Shown piece after piece: positions 14,446-29,170 of a stretch of 64,000 bases of DNA. The DNA lies in the NCBI RefSeq assembly GCF_006345805.1, contig NC_043021.1:26412001-26476000 (forward strand). Reading direction: 5' to 3'. Numbering within the stretch: the first letter of the stretch is position 1; each line of letters starts with the position of its first letter. Below the pieces are notes generated by a model. That model worked only from the letters and a program-made list of their open reading frames with translations. It made no database searches and was not told where the DNA came from. Source of the stretch: Octopus sinensis (lineage: Eukaryota). The position numbers were made by a program, and so were the translations under genes.

Positions 14446-14932
14446 GCTCACTTCTAAACTCCCAGATTACTCTCATAATTATATACATACATTATATACA
14501 TATGTAAAATACATTTGACTGTTTTAGTCAAATGAATTGATAGGCCCAGATACAACATCCAAAGGTACATCGTTTTTTTTTCCTCTGATGAAATTATATT
14601 CGTGTCACATAAACGTAAATTTAATGTAATTTAATTTGTAATTAAATTATTGAGTATTAATTGAAACGGCTGTAAGAAGCGAAGATAACCAATTTGTTAA
14701 TAATAAATCATTGTCAACCTCCTTGTCTCCATTCAACTGGATATAAACTATATGCTTAATATATAACTATTGTTTTAAGGGAATTTCATTCCCCCAAAAT
14801 ACTTGGTATTGAACCAGTATTTCCGGGGTTAACATATCCTATAATTAAATTTATATATGTATATATATCGTTTGTAAAAAACATAAATCCGAAAGAAGCA
14901 CACTCTAAGATGTAGAGCAGTATACATTCCAC

Positions 14933-15007
<75 letters not shown>

Positions 15008-15318
15008 TACATACATACATACATACATACATTCGCATGCACGAAGAGTTTATATATTTATAGCCAGATGCATTTAAACGTACACACAGATGTCTTAGAG
15101 GGTGAAATATACGAACTTCTATCAATATAGAAAGCACACGCGCACGCACTGTTTATACACTCTCTTATATACAAATACGTTTACAAGTCTACAGCTAGAC
15201 GTGTAATGTACAATAAACATACACATACTTAGATCTATATACGTTACGTTCTGTATGCCAGTGTTAAATATATATATATGTATATATATATGTATGTATA
15301 TATATATATATATGTATG

Positions 15319-15349
<31 letters not shown>

Positions 15350-15754
15350 ATGTATGTATATATGTACACACACAAAGTCCCGTGAATATATACTCTGTTT
15401 ATAACGGGCCTTGTATATATAGTCGTCTATGAAACTAACAGAAGTTTTTATAAATACATCCAAACAGAAAACTAATTAGAAACCCTATATATACACACCA
15501 CCACCACAAACGGTCGCTGGTGGCAGGGTTGCCAAGACGTGATTAAATGTACAAAATACGATAATCAAATTGATAAATAAAAGATACTCAACAGGAAGAA
15601 CCTGGATTAATTTCCCCCATTTTCAGTCCGGGCGGCAGCAGAAATAATATTAGTGAGTCAAATAGTTTTCCAACAAGGAGCCTCTATGTGAGAGTTACCC
15701 GACACGCTAGAAATAGCAGCTAATTCTTCTTCATGTCACAGCACCACCAACAGC

Positions 15755-16065
15755 AGACATGACTGAGTGGTTGAAAAGTTTGCTTCGAAAACGCGTGGTT
15801 TCGGTTTCACTCCCAGTCAATGTCTGCTGGGGCAACGTTTTTCTTTTCTTTTTTCTTATAGCTGTCTGTGTGTCCTTGTGTTTATCCTCCAACCGCTTGA
15901 CAGTGTTGGTTTGTTCACGTCCCTGTCGCTAAGTTAGCAATATTGCCAAAAGAAAGCAAGTACCATACTTTAAAATAAGTACTGTGGTTGATTTGTTGGA
16001 CTAAACTCGATATGGTGGTGCCCCAGCATGACCACAGTCCAGTGCATGAAACAAGTAAAAGAGTA
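15755..16065 (+). mobile_element. Diverged SINE family A
   Basis: Head tgactgagtggttgaaaagtttgcttcg and tail ggtggtgccccagcatgaccacagtcc. Confidence 0.75.
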
Positions 16066-16524
16066 AATAAAAGTGATGGTCCAGGTTAGTATGCCTCTGA
16101 TAGTTTATCTGCCCAATCAATGAGACCATACTCAGGGTTAAAACACTTTGAACAAATAATTTCTAGTAATTTCAAACCAGCTTCAGTTCTGAGTTCACTT
16201 TGAAAATCATCACTTGGCGCTCATCATCATCATCATCATCATCAACGTCGTCGTCGTTTTAACGTCTACTTTTCCAAGCTTGCATGGGTTGGACAGATTT
16301 TTAAGGCAGATTTTATTTTACAGCTGGACGCTCTTCCTGTGGCCAACCCTTACCTGTTTCCACACAAGGTAACATTTCTCCCATGGCCAGACATATTTCA
16401 TGGAAGATTTGAAACAAGGAGCACTTCTCATATGATGGTGACACTCGTTTACAGCTATTGTGTGATGGCAAGGCAAGGAGACAGTAACACAACACACACA
16501 CACACACACATGCATATACTTATA

Positions 16525-16835
16525 TATGTAAAATACAAAATGGGACAAGAACGCAAAGCTTCCGGACAACTTGGTGATACAAAAAGGGACAACAAAACAT
16601 CCAGATAGACGATACAAAGAAAACAAGGACAGGGCATTCGAAGTTTTCTATCTTCAGTCAAGAACCGGATCATCCTCGCAATTTCGGCTGATTATTCTTG
16701 AGATTGCTCCAATCTGGCCAGCCCCAAGGAAAAACTAAGCTAAGAGCATTAGATTCCTTGGAAGAAAGCATCGAATGTATACAAAAACAAGGACGAAAAA
16801 AATGGACAATGTTACACAAATATAAATACAATAAA
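16525..16835. mobile_element. Dispersed repeat, probably Penelope-like
   Basis: Parts recur in both orientations at 26645-26800; flanked by CA/TA repeats. Confidence 0.5.
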
Positions 16836-18067
16836 AAAATACATATATACATAATATACTAATATATATATATATGCATGCATACATAAATACATATATG
16901 CATATACATACGTAAACACACGTACACACACACATACTAGGGGCTGGCACACAGTTTCCGTCTAGAAAATCCTTGCAAGACTTTGGTCAGCCGAAGGGTA
17001 GAAGACACCCAGGTGGGATTAAACGCAGAACCATGTGGGTGGAAAGCTTGCCAACACCTGTGCTGGCACCACATAAATGGCACATGTGCCATTGGTACAC
17101 AAAAGACACTTAGTATGTTCTGTAAAAAGAAAATGGAGTCTAGTGTAGCTCTCCAGCCTTGCCAGTCCCTGTCGAATGTCCAACCGATGCCAGCATGAAA
17201 AAGATGTCAGATGAGGATGAGCTACATCTGGATATTAAAATAAATACCCATTGAAAATCAATTTAATTCTGAATTTAAATTGTTGATATACCATAAAATG
17301 TTGTAATTTTGTGTCAATCAATAACATTCATTATTCTCTCAATCACCATCACTCATCATTAAGGCAGCAAGCCGGGTGAAATGCTTAGTGGTATTTCGTC
17401 TGTCTTCATGTTCTGAGTTCAAATTCCACCGACTTTGCCTTTCGCAGTTAATTAAATAAGTACCAGTTATGTACTGGGGTTGATGCAATCGACTTAATCT
17501 CTTTGTCTGTCCTTGTTTGTCCCTCTATGTTTAACCCCCTGTGGGCAATAAAGAAATAAATATCAATCATCATTCTCTCCCTCTCTTCTTCCAGTCATCC
17601 TATCTTTACAATTATCAAATTAAAATGAGAAGGAGCAATTTGTTAATTAAGTTACATTAATGATTCCCTCGGCAGGCATAGCATGGGTTGCGGGTGAGGG
17701 GAGGGGCCTGTTTAATAGCCACACAGCACTCAGACCACCACCTTCTTTAAACCTAACACACTTCCATCAGCAGCAGACGCAAGGTACGTAAAGAGGCTGT
17801 CCTGTCTGATTCCTCCCTCCCAATGTTACACCACAGATATCGTTAGTTAACGATTGTACTTGTTTGACCACAGAGAAGACATTCCACTTCTGCCCACTTC
17901 ATCTTTTCACAAATAATTTATCTCCAACTTTGTTCTCCATCCCAGTATAAGAGAAAGTTTTTTTCCCCATTATATGATTTTGTCCCTAACAAAGCTTGAG
18001 GCCACTGCAGCACAAGGGTCTATAAAGAAGGAAAAGAAAGGGGTCAACAAATTCAAAGAAAGCTTAA

Positions 18068-18278
18068 CCCTTTAGCATTTACCATTCCTCAGTCAAATGA
18101 AATGTTTATTTATTCACATCGTTTGCATTATCTGGTAGCTTTGAGATTTCGATAATGTGAATGTATATTTTTTGGATGACATTTTAGGGTCAGTGTGAGA
18201 GGCCTGATCTGGCCAGTTTAAACGTAAGAAAGGGAGAATATTTTGGCTGGACATGGTCAATTTAAATGCTAAAAAGGG
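18068..18278. mobile_element. piggyBac-like MITE
   Basis: TTAA on both sides (18064-18067 and 18279-18282); termini CCCTTTAGCATTT and AAATGCTAAAAAGGG. Confidence 0.8.
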
Positions 18279-18289
18279 TTAAAGGATTG

Positions 18290-18610
18290 AATATCATAGT
18301 CCAAAGAAAAACACGACAATGGTAAGGAGTTGCAGGGATCAGCAGTTTGAGGCAAGAAGCCCTTAGAATATAAAGATTTATGACTAACAAGAATCTCAAC
18401 AGAGAAATGATGTATCTGAGATGACAAGCAAGTGATACATGAGAGGGGGGGACTAAACCAGAAAGCTCATCAGAGCAGTGGCCATAGAAAAATTTTTTAA
18501 AGAAACACAACAAAGATTTCAACGATGAGCCAAAGACTTCACCCTAATAGAAAGGAGACTTGCCATTGTAGCAACTCAAACAATGATATTCAATGCCAGG
18601 GCAAATGGCG
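18290..18610 (-). pseudogene. Decayed CR1/L2-group LINE ORF2 3' end
   Basis: Translates as LLCFFKKFFYGHCSDELSGLVPP, resembling the SLCLFYKYFHGxCSxELxxLVPP C-terminal motif. Confidence 0.55.
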
Positions 18611-18884
18611 GCCTTATGGAGATACAAGATACTCTCAAGTGTAAGACTGAACAAGATTTGGCTGATGTTTCTAGTAAGTCAGGTAACCACTTAAAGGCAC
18701 CTTCAGTCCTTGTGTTAAAACCTTCAATGAATTATCACAGGTAAAAGTAAGAAGGGCTCAAGTTTATGTATTAAATGTTGTATTAATGGAGGGACATCAA
18801 TTGGAGTTTCCTGCATGCAGGCTAAGCTGAACTTATATGAATAAAAGTGAATAATGAACCAAATTTTAAAGGAAACTAAGTACT

Positions 18885-19205
18885 CTAGGGTTGGAAAGAA
18901 AGTAATTTCGGTTTTTTAGTGTGAAATAAAAACCATTTTTTTTTCATACAAAGAATGAACTTTAATCAGTTATATATTTTCCATTTGTTCGATGACCTTT
19001 TGCCATCTTTCTGGCAACTTCTTGATTCTGCGCTCATAGAACAACTGGTCTTCATCAGCCAAAAACTGAAGCAACTTCCTCATCGTTATTGAAAGTTTTA
19101 CCATTCACAGAATTTTGCAAACTTTGAAATAAATGGTAATCTGATGGTGCATGGCTGTGGCATCACTTCCCAACCAAGCGCCAGTCATTTTTCGTGTGTT
19201 AGCAA
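18885..19205 (-). mobile_element. mariner transposon 3' fragment
   Basis: Minus strand reads APSDYHLFQSLQNSVNGKTFNNDEE and FYERRIKKLPERWQKVIEQ, followed by a TIR-like end ...ctttccaacccta. Confidence 0.85.
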
Positions 19206-19374
19206 AGACATGTTACGTAGTTCCATACTTCAATTATATGGCTTTAGTTTTAAACCTCAGAAAAAGCCACAGATCTACAAGAGACACTAGACTTCAGGTG
19301 CAATTAGCAAAGATAGAAGCAGGTGAGCAGAGTTTAAGATTACAAGGCAGTATATAAAGAGAAATCAAGGTAAG

Positions 19375-20520
19375 TGGCAGTGGTAGGAAGTTTTGCTTGT
19401 CAATCACGTAGTCTAGGGTTCAGTCCCACTGCGTGGCACCTTGGGCAAGTGTCTTCTACTATAGCCCCAGGTCAACCAAAGCCTTATCAGTGGATTTAGT
19501 AGATGGAAGCCTGCTGTATATTCTTTTATTTGTTTCAGTCATTTGACTACAGCCATGTTGGAGCACCACCTTTAGTCAAACAAATCAACTCCAGGACTTA
19601 TTCTTTGTAAGCCTAGTACTTATTCTATTGGTCTCTTTTGCCAAAGTTCTAAGTTACAGGGACATAAACGCACCAACATTGGTTGTCAAGCGATGGTGGG
19701 GGAGACAAACACAGACACACAAACACACATATATGACAAGCTTCTTTCAGTTTCCATCTAGAAACATCAGCCATTCAGAAGGCTATGGTCAGCCTGAGGC
19801 CAAAGTAAAAGACACTTGCCCAAGGTGCCACGTGGTGGGACTGAACTTGGAACCACATAGTTGGTAAGCAAGCTGCCTGTCTATATATATATACATACAT
19901 ATATATGTGTGTGCATGTCCAGGCTTACTACTTGATGATTGGAGCTAGTTTTTGTTTCCATCTCTGTAAGTTTGGCCAAAGAAACTGAGAGCAAAACTCT
20001 GCAGATTTAAAAAATAAGTACTGAGATTGATTTGCTTAACTAAACTCTTCGAGGCTGTGCCCCAGCATGGCCACACTCCAATGACTGAAAGAAGAGAAAG
20101 ATAAAAGAAGACAAGAAGTGGACATGAAATGAAAGCAACACATTTTTGCTCTTCACCGATACTGAAAGGAAAGAGATCGCTTAGCTTTTTACCTGTCTTA
20201 GTCATTGGACTGAGGCCATGCTGGGGCACCGCCTTGAAGGGCTTTAGCTGAACAATCAACCCCAATCTAGGACTTATTCTATCAGTTGCTTTTGCTAAAC
20301 TACTAAGTTATGGGAACATAAATAAGCCAACATAGGTTGTCAGGCAGTGGGGGGTGAGACACACCCACACACATAAGATAGGCTTCCACACAGTTTCTAT
20401 CAACCAAATCCACTCGCAAAGTTTTTGTTCAGCTTTGGGCTATAGCAGAAAATAGTTGCCTGAGAGGTCCCGTGCAGTAGACGACATAGTTGGGGAAGTG
20501 AGCTTCTTAACAACACAGCT
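19375..20520. mobile_element. Cluster of four SINE family A pieces in alternating orientation
   Basis: Plus at 19375-19520, minus at 19520-19880, plus at 19945-20100, minus at 20185-20520. Confidence 0.8.
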
Positions 20521-20629
20521 CTGATGTTTTTATGAAGGGCTGTTGAATGAAGAGAATGCACAGAAGAAAAAGGGTCTTTACAGAGCAAACCAACGTGCCA
20601 TCTAAGTTGATGGCTGTATGGAAGATAGA

Positions 20630-21710
20630 GTAATTGAGGATAGGAAGCCAGGGAAGTCATCTGGTCAATTAGGAATTGTAGATGAGATGCTTAAAATGTC
20701 TGGTGGAGTAGGATAAAGGTTAGTCACCTGCATAACCAGTCAATTAATAGAGACAGGTGCCATATACAAAGAGTGGCACAACAGCGTCAGCATCAACTGC
20801 TACAAGGGCAAAAGAGATGCACTAAAGAGACAGGAAAATTACAAAGGTATCGAACTATTAGATGAGGTTTACAAAAGTTACAAAAGAAGTTTGGTTGATT
20901 AGGAACAGAATCATCCCAGATGAAATGCATTTTGGTTTTGCACCAAAAGGAAGTACTACCGATGCCATCTTAGTGAGACAACTGCAAGAGAAATACTTAG
21001 CCAGAAACATGACTCTGCATGTAGCATTTGCCAACCCGAATAAGAGCTTTGACAGGAAACATTGCTCTGTGATTTGGTGGTCACTGGAGAAGCTACAGGT
21101 AGATAAATGACTGATAAGGATTGTACAAAATATGTACAGAGATATAGTGACCAAGGTGAGAGTAATGAGCTCCACGAGGGCTTAGTTGTCAGTCCCCTTC
21201 TGTTTAGCATGGTCTTGCAAACCATAAGACTGGCTGTTCATGAGAACTCAGTCCTTAGAGCTGAATCTGGAATAAAATCAGTGAAGAAATTCTAGAAATA
21301 GAAGCAAAAACCTACAATGAAGAATCCTCTAGGTTAACTTATCAAAGAATGGAGTATTAAAAGGAAGGAAAGAAGACAGGACTCTGCTACCATTCAAAAG
21401 AGAAACGACTTAGCTTGTTATGCCAAAAGGAATTCCATATGTTGAAGCCAGGACAGGCCATGGACACACAGACACAGGAACCAGAGGAAAGCTAATGGTC
21501 AAAAAGATTTTGTATGCAGTAAACACTGAGAGGCAATAAGCACCAAGAGGAGATTGGAAATAGATTTTCTCAAATGCTTGGAAGACTTTGTAGAAGTAAT
21601 TAATGTCTTCTGTTAATTTTGGTGACTTAATTAGCAGTGGAGGTGAGAGTTCTGAAAAATATAGAAGTCTGAGTAAGAACAAGTTGTAAAAAGTTCAGAA
21701 AACTATTACA
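20630..21710 (+). pseudogene. Decayed RTE LINE reverse transcriptase
   Basis: YKGKRDA..ENYKGIELLD, HFGFAPKGSTTDAILVRQLQEKYL and LHEGLVVSPLLFSMVL, interrupted by stops and frameshifts. Confidence 0.85.
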
Positions 21711-21714
21711 ATTC

Positions 21715-22130
21715 ATTATCATTGTTTAATCTCCGCCTTGCATGCTGGCATGGATGGAACGGTTTGACAGGAGCCGGCCAGGCAGAACCCTGCACCAGAC
21801 TTCTGTGACTGTTTTGGCAGGGTTTTCACAGTTGGATGCCCTTCCTAACACCAAGCACCCAGCAGAGTGCTTTTTACATAGCACAAGCACAGGCAAGGTC
21901 AGTTTCACCAAGGTTTTTATAGCTGGATGCCCTTCCAAATGCCAACCACTTCACAGTGTGGACTGGACGCTTTTTAAGTGGCCCCTGCACTGACAAGGTC
22001 ACCAAGTAACTTGCAAGACAAAGAACGTTTTGAGAGTGGAGGAGGAGGAGATCTTGTGTCAGATGATGAAAGGTTAGAGTGAGGCAGAGAGAGACAGAAA
22101 CAGGTGTCTTGCTGTAGAGGAGGTACAAGG
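21715..22130 (-). mobile_element. RTE-tail repeat
   Basis: tttaatctccgccttgcatgctggcatggatgg, with the ctggatgcccttcc block duplicated. Confidence 0.7.
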
Positions 22131-22604
22131 TTACCTGGCTGGAGAGAGAGAGAGATCAGGAATGAGGTCAGAAACAGATGTAGATTGTGTGATATTTATG
22201 TACAAACTGACACTCCACAGCAACGAGACATGGGCCCTGAACACTAAAATGAGATAAAGGGATTATGGTAACAGAAGCTAAGTACTACTTCTAAAGATCT
22301 CTCCCACCAAGCATTTATATATACATATGTAGTAATACCTGCATGACAGACATCATTATAGACAGATATGGGTTGTGAGTGAATGAATGTGTGTGTGTAC
22401 ACGTGCGTGTGTGTATGTATACATCATCATGATCATCATCATCGTTTAACGTCCGCTTTCCATACTAGCATGGGTTGGACGGTTCAACTGGGGTCTGGGA
22501 AGCCAGGAGGCTGCACCAGCCTTCTGGCTTCCCAGACGATGATGTATACACACACACACACACCACACACACACACATTCATTCACTCACAACCTACATC
22601 TGTC

Positions 22605-23430
22605 TATAATGATGTCTGGGCAAAAGTGGGTAGCTAGCACTGCAGTCGCTCATGCTGAAGGGATGCTGGAGCTATGCAACATCATTGGAGTTACATGCAG
22701 GGGTCGCCAGAATCTTGGTTCTTCCTATTTTCAACAATATAAGAAAGCAGGCACCAAGGAGAGGCAGGCTATGACCCAGGAAGCTTTGCAATACCAGGAG
22801 AAAGAAAGAAAGAAGAAAATCAAGAGCTGTGGAGTTGGTATCCCAGGGTGGACTAAATGGGATCTTCCTGAGAGAAAGTTCACATGGACTGACCTGTGGA
22901 GGCTGGAACCTTTTCACATCTCCTTCCAGCTGTGGGCAGTGCATGACACACTCCCAATGCCAACAAACCTGCACAGATGGGGTTTGAGGGAAGACCAGCA
23001 GTGTAGATTTTGTGGAGAAAGGGGCACTCTGGCACACATCATGGCAGAGTGCAGAATAGCACTTTCTCAAGGCAGATATAAATGGCACCATGATAGGGTG
23101 CTTGCAACACTTGCTCCCACTCTGGAGCAGGAAAGGCACAAGAAACATCATCACCAAAGGAAAAGTAACATCAGCAATTAAGTTCATGAAAGAGGGAGAG
23201 AAACCAGTAAATTCAGCAAAAATAATACATAGCTTGCTGCAAGGATCTCAACCATGGGATATGAAAGTGGACTTAGGGGAGAGATTGCAGTTTTTCCAGG
23301 TTGTCCATACAACTCTGGAAAGACCAAGGAAATTATTATAATTGAACTAACAGTTCCATGGGAAGAGGGGTGTGATGTGGCCCATGAATAGAACCATGCA
23401 AGACACGAGAGCCTTCTGATGGTAAGGGAA
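22605..23430 (+). pseudogene. HERO/R2-group non-LTR retrotransposon fragment (zinc knuckle plus restriction-like endonuclease)
   Basis: DTLPMPTNLHRWG, CRFCGERGTLAHIMAEC, GRYKWHHDRVL, WDMKVDLG and IIELTVPWEEGC, with stops and frameshifts. Confidence 0.85.
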
Positions 23431-24899
23431 CAAGAAGAAGAGTGCAACTGTTATTGAACAATATTTCTACACATCGTGTGTCTTCCACAAGTTCAAAATA
23501 AACATCTCAATCTCCTTCATTTTGGTAATATTTAAGGATTGACGTTACTCCTCCCGAAGGTAAAGAAACGATAAGAAGGGTGCGAATGTGCAAGACACAC
23601 GAAATATTGTCGAAATATTGTTCATTTGATAACAGTCGCACTTTTCTTATTGTCATCATCACCATCAATAATAATAATAATGGTTTCAAATTTTGCCTGA
23701 AGGGGAGCAATTTTTGGGGAGGGGGTGAGTCGATTACACTGACCCCAGTGTTCAACAAGTACTTATTTCATCAACCCAAAAAAGATAAAAAGCTAAGTCA
23801 ACCTCGGCAGAATTTGAACTCAGAATGAAAGGACAGACAAAATACCACGAAGCATTTTGCCCGGTGTAAACAAATGACAAAAGAACAAATGTCGTCACAT
23901 AGTGACCTTTATTAGTTTACAGCCATTACAGCTATAAGGAATTGTGCGGCCAAAGGAGGGGGCAGAGTTGCTTGTAGCTGAAACGACTGTAAGCTGATGG
24001 ACGTGATTACACAAGTCCTGTTCTTTTGCCATTCAGTTATTAATTAACATTGCACTCTGTGTTTATCTTCTGATGTGGAGCTGAGGGCATCAATGAATTC
24101 AAACCAGCTCACTACCAGACATTAGTAATACTGGCCATTATAAGTAAATTGTGTCCTAACATATGGTTATCGGTCCAGCTATGGCAAAATGAAATTATAA
24201 TACCATCCATCCACCCAGCTATTCATCTTTGCCTGCTATTCCTGGGAGGGTCATGGAAGGGGCGTCCTCATACACCTCCTCCATAAGGTCCCATCAGAAG
24301 CAACTGTCGTCAGACTTTCCAACTGGATACCCAGGTGTAGCCAACCCAGGCTTTGGATATTATCCAATCATCTTGTTCTTCCTGTTCCTGCTCCACCTCC
24401 AGGTCTCCTGCCAGTTGGCTCCATTTGAAGAATTTGTTTGGCAATTCCTTCTGGCACCGTTCTAATTCCATGTCTGTCATACCACAGCTGTGGCCTTTCA
24501 GTGCAGAGAAGTAAGGGTTCAACCTGATCTCCGAGCCATGCACCCTGCCGAGTAACATTAATAATGGAATTTTATGATGAACAGCTCGTTAGTCACAATC
24601 ACAACATTAATGGTAATAATAAACAGCAACACGTGAAACAGTAAATAAACAAAACAAGTCTGTGTGGTTAAGAAGTTTGCTTCTCAACGATGGGGTTCTG
24701 GGTTCAGTCCTACTGCATGGCACCCTTCAGTAAGTGTTTATAGCCCCAGGCCAACTAATGCCTTTGCAGTGGAATTGGTTCGTGAAAATAAAAAAAAAGC
24801 AAGTCACGTGTGTGTATGTGCATGTGTGCATGCGTGTGTGGGAGAAAGAGCTGGTTTCTAACCCAAGTCCGAGGCTCCTTCATTGAAATTCCAACAACA

Positions 24900-25125
24900 G
24901 CAACCGGTAATTTTTGTTTCTATGTTCTGCTTTATGTACATACTCCCATGCATATCTTGGCCTGCTCATATAAACTTAAAGGATAAACTTCCAGAAAGTT
25001 TTACAGATCTTCTCAGTTCCTCTGATGGCTTGGATCTGTAGTCTTCAAATTCACTTTCTCCTTTTTGGTTTTGACGAGCCCAATTTCTCTAAGTATTTAG
25101 GTACGTAGGTATTTGTGTTGCACAA
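24900..25125 (-). pseudogene. 3' end of a restriction-like-endonuclease LINE
   Basis: Minus strand reads YVPKYLEKLG...RLQIQAIRGTEKICKTFWKF. Confidence 0.5.
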
Positions 25126-28049
25126 GCATTTATTACTCCAATCAACTGACAAACAGATGTCTCTTTATGGTGACCTCATTTGTCATTCAATCCACTGAAA
25201 GTGTTACGGATCAAAAGAGTGGTGATGGGTGCAGACTGAACCAGTGAGACATTTGAAACTCAAAGTCATTTGAAACTAGGATTGGGCAACCTCTTATCTC
25301 ACAAAGTCTGGCGGAAGGTTATAACTTTTGTTTGTCACCTGTTCCAAACTGGTCTGCATGACCTACAGCAGGACTGAAGTTATCTGAGAGGTCACGGACA
25401 GAGAAGCCAGAAGACAATGTCAAAGGGCAAGGAGACAGCAATCATCTTTGAAGATGGAGCAATTGTTATGTCCCTGTGTGTGTGTGTGTATCTTGCTCAT
25501 GTTAACATCATGTGGTAATTGTAAACGAGTGTTACCATCTCACAAGCAATGTCATACCCTTCCAATCTTCCATGTGAAACACGTCTGGTCCATGAGGCAA
25601 CATTGCCTTGCTTGGAAACAGGTGACAGCCGATGACAGTAGGACGACTGGTCATAGCAAAACCTTGCTTCAACAAATTCCATTTGACATGTGAAAGTTTG
25701 GCAAAGTAGACTTTCAAGTGACAATGATGATAATGATGATGATGATGTATACATATGCATACACTGACATTTGTATGAGTGTAGCTGCAGACAGACAGCA
25801 GAAACCATTGAAGAACAAAACTGCAAAGACACAGCTGTGCATTCACTGGTTGGGGTTAAATCAACTCATTCAGTATGTAAATAAATACACATGCACATGT
25901 GTGTATACACACATACACACACACACACACACACATGAATATAAATGAGTCAGAGTGACCAGCAGTGTGTATTTGGACAAAAACAAATAAAGGTATATCA
26001 AATAACATACAAGATTAAATTCTTGATTAACAGAAATTGTCTCCACTCCCAGAGAGAGTGGATTAACTACTAGATGGCAGCTGGCAGCAACTCCAAACAA
26101 GAAGACGGGATAATCTCAAGAATTACAAATTCTTCAAAATAGACATGCCATTAAGTAAAAAGTGGTGTGATTGTCTGAGGACAAACAGACAGATGAGAAT
26201 AGGACACACGTTTCTGTCTCAATAATCATCATCAGTACAGCCACTGTCTTATCTGATCTTCAGTAAACAAGATATTTAGGCATATAAAAGAAAAAGGCTT
26301 AGCACATATTTACAGCCTCGTTAATTTGCATAATAAATGAAATGAAAATGAGCTATGGGAGCTGAAGATAAGGTAGGACATTGTGTTGATGATGCCTATA
26401 GCAACAGAAACAGGTGTCCACAGGTGTCCTCTTATCACCAGACAATCACACTACCTTCTCCTAAATGGCATGTCAGTTTTGAAGAATACGTGATTGTTGA
26501 GATTATCTCCCTTTTCTCATTTGCGGCTGGTGCCATTTGCCATCAAGTGACTCACCCACCTCTCTGCAAACAGAGACGATTTCAACAAAACAAGAATTTA
26601 TTTGGATGTTATTTAGTATACACTTATGTGTGAGTTTATATATATACCAGCCGAAATTGTAAAGATAATCTGGAACTCGACTGAGGAAAGAAAACTCCAA
26701 ATGACCCATCCTTGTTTTCTTTGTATTGATTATCTGGATGTTTTGTTTCACCTAACAGTCTGGATGTTTTGCGTTCTTGTCCCATTTTGTATTTTTTATA
26801 TATAAAAACATATAGCGGCGTACGTACACTTTGGTCTCTATATACATGTGTGTGTATATATATCAATGTCTGTGTGTGTGTGTATTGGTGTTTGTCCCCC
26901 ATCACTGCTTGACAACTGGTGTTGATCTGCTTACATCCCTGTAACTTAGTGGTTCAGCAAAGAGGATCGATAGAATAAGTATTAGGCTTAAAACAAAATA
27001 ATAAGTTCTGGGTTCAATTTGTTCAATTAAGGTCCTTCAAGGTGGTGCCCCAGCATGGCCACAGTCAAATGACTGAAACAAGGAAAAGACACAAGAAACA
27101 AGACTGACAGGCAGTGTCTTCAGATCTACAGTTTCACAAGAGACTGACGTCTGCCTCCATCAATATGCGTTTGTTTTACACCTGTTTGCCTCATGCCAGC
27201 ACAGGATTGGACAAATTACTGAGGCATTGTTTTACAGCTGGATGCCCTTCCAGTCAGCAACCTTTCACTCTTTCTTAAGTAAGCAGTCTCTTACGATTTT
27301 CAGTGAAGCATAAACAAATACCTATACATACTCATATTTTATATGTATTTCTTTATTGGGGGCTAAACACAGAGGGGACAAACAAAGGGATTAAGTCGAT
27401 TACATCAACCCCAGTGCGTAACTGGTACTTATTTAATTGAGCCCGAAAAGATGAAAGGCAAAGTCGTCCTCGGCAGAATTTGAACTCAGAACATAATGAC
27501 AAATGAAATACCGCTGAGCATTTTGCCTGGCATGCTAACGATTCTGCCAGCTCGCCACCTTATATTTTGTGTGTGTGTGTGTGTGTGTTTGACATGTAGT
27601 TAAGAATTTCACTTCCTAACCCCATGGATTTGAGTTCAGTTCCACAGCAAATCACCTCAGACAAGTGTCTTCTACTATAGCGTTTGGATTGATCAAAGAC
27701 TTGTGAGTGGATATAGCCAATGGAACTGGATTTATTTCTTCAAGTGAAGGGATTAGGTGGTGATATAATTATAGCTTAAATTGACTTATTTCATATTTAT
27801 ATGTTTGTATCAATCTGCAATATATCTTATGTAAGCATAATGCACGTTATTGTATTATTTTCTCACCAAAATCCCTGAGCAGCCATAAAGGATTACCATG
27901 GATTTTTTTTCGTCTCAACAGTATTTCTGTTTATGTAACATCTGGACATCTATCTGTGAAGGCCATTTTTTTTCATTCTGCTTCATTTCATTTTTGTTCA
28001 TATTTGTGTATCTTAGGTTTTGATATAGAAACAACTGCTCATTCGTGTA

Positions 28050-28081
<32 letters not shown>

Positions 28082-28100
28082 TATATATATATATATATAT

Positions 28101-28216
28101 ATACAATATGTTACATTACTCGGTAGTCAAGATAAAACTCTGAGTTTCAGATGCCGAAGTGGAAATCTGAAACTCAGAGTTTTATCTTGACTACCGAGTA
28201 ATGTAACATATTGTAT
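28101..28216. repeat. Perfect 52 bp-arm hairpin (Penelope-like)
   Basis: 28101-28152 is the exact reverse complement of 28165-28216, with a 12 nt loop. Confidence 0.95.
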
Positions 28217-28285
28217 AGATAAATTTCCTCTATTTACATAATATTGAGGTCTCTTTCTTTCTTTTGTTATCTTACCGTTTTATCA

Positions 28286-28289
<4 letters not shown>

Positions 28290-28316
<27 letters not shown>

Positions 28317-28720
28317 TCTATATCCATCTATATATATATATATACACACATCTATATCCATCTATATATATATATATATATTAGCAGAGATACCCGGCCT
28401 TACTCAGGATTAAAATGGTATTGTTTTTTTTATAATTTCACTTGTTTCAGTCATGTGACTGCAGCCATGCCGGAGCGCCACCGTTGGTCAAACAAATATC
28501 AACCACAGGATTTATTCTTTGGTAACCTTATATTTTATCAGTGTCTTTTGCCAAAACGCTAAGTTATGAAGAATGTAAATACAGCAACAACGGATGTCAA
28601 GCAATTGTAGGGGTACAAACACAGACGCACACACACACACAAATATACACATATAGTCTTATTTCAGTTTCTGTGTACGAAATCCACTCACAAGGCTTTG
28701 CTCAGCCTGAGGCTATAAAA

Positions 28721-28762
<42 letters not shown>

Positions 28763-29170
28763 TCTATATCCATCTATATATATATATATATACACACATC
28801 TATATCCATCTATATATATATATATATATTAGCAGAGATACCCGGCCTTACTCAGGATTAAAATGGTATTGTTTTTTTTATAATTTCACTTGTTTCAGTC
28901 ATGTGACTGCAGCCATGCCGGAGCGCCACCGTTGGTCAAACAAATATCAACCACAGGATTTATTCTTTGGTAACCTTATATTTTATCAGTGTCTTTTGCC
29001 AAAACGCTAAGTTATGAAGAATGTAAATACAGCAACAACGGATGTCAAGCAATTGTAGGGGTACAAACACAGACGCACACACACACACACAAATATACAC
29101 ATATAGTCTTATTTCAGTTTCTGTGTACGAAATCCACTCACAAGGCTTTGCTCAGCCTGAGGCTATAAAA

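Noticed and set aside
14786-15640. Possible short minus-strand exons near 14786-14840 and 15590-15640
   Set aside because: Weak splice signals, early stops and no recognisable protein.
24270-24560. Possible LINE ORF remnant on the minus strand (also 59690-60000 on plus)
   Set aside because: No diagnostic motif that I can assign with confidence.
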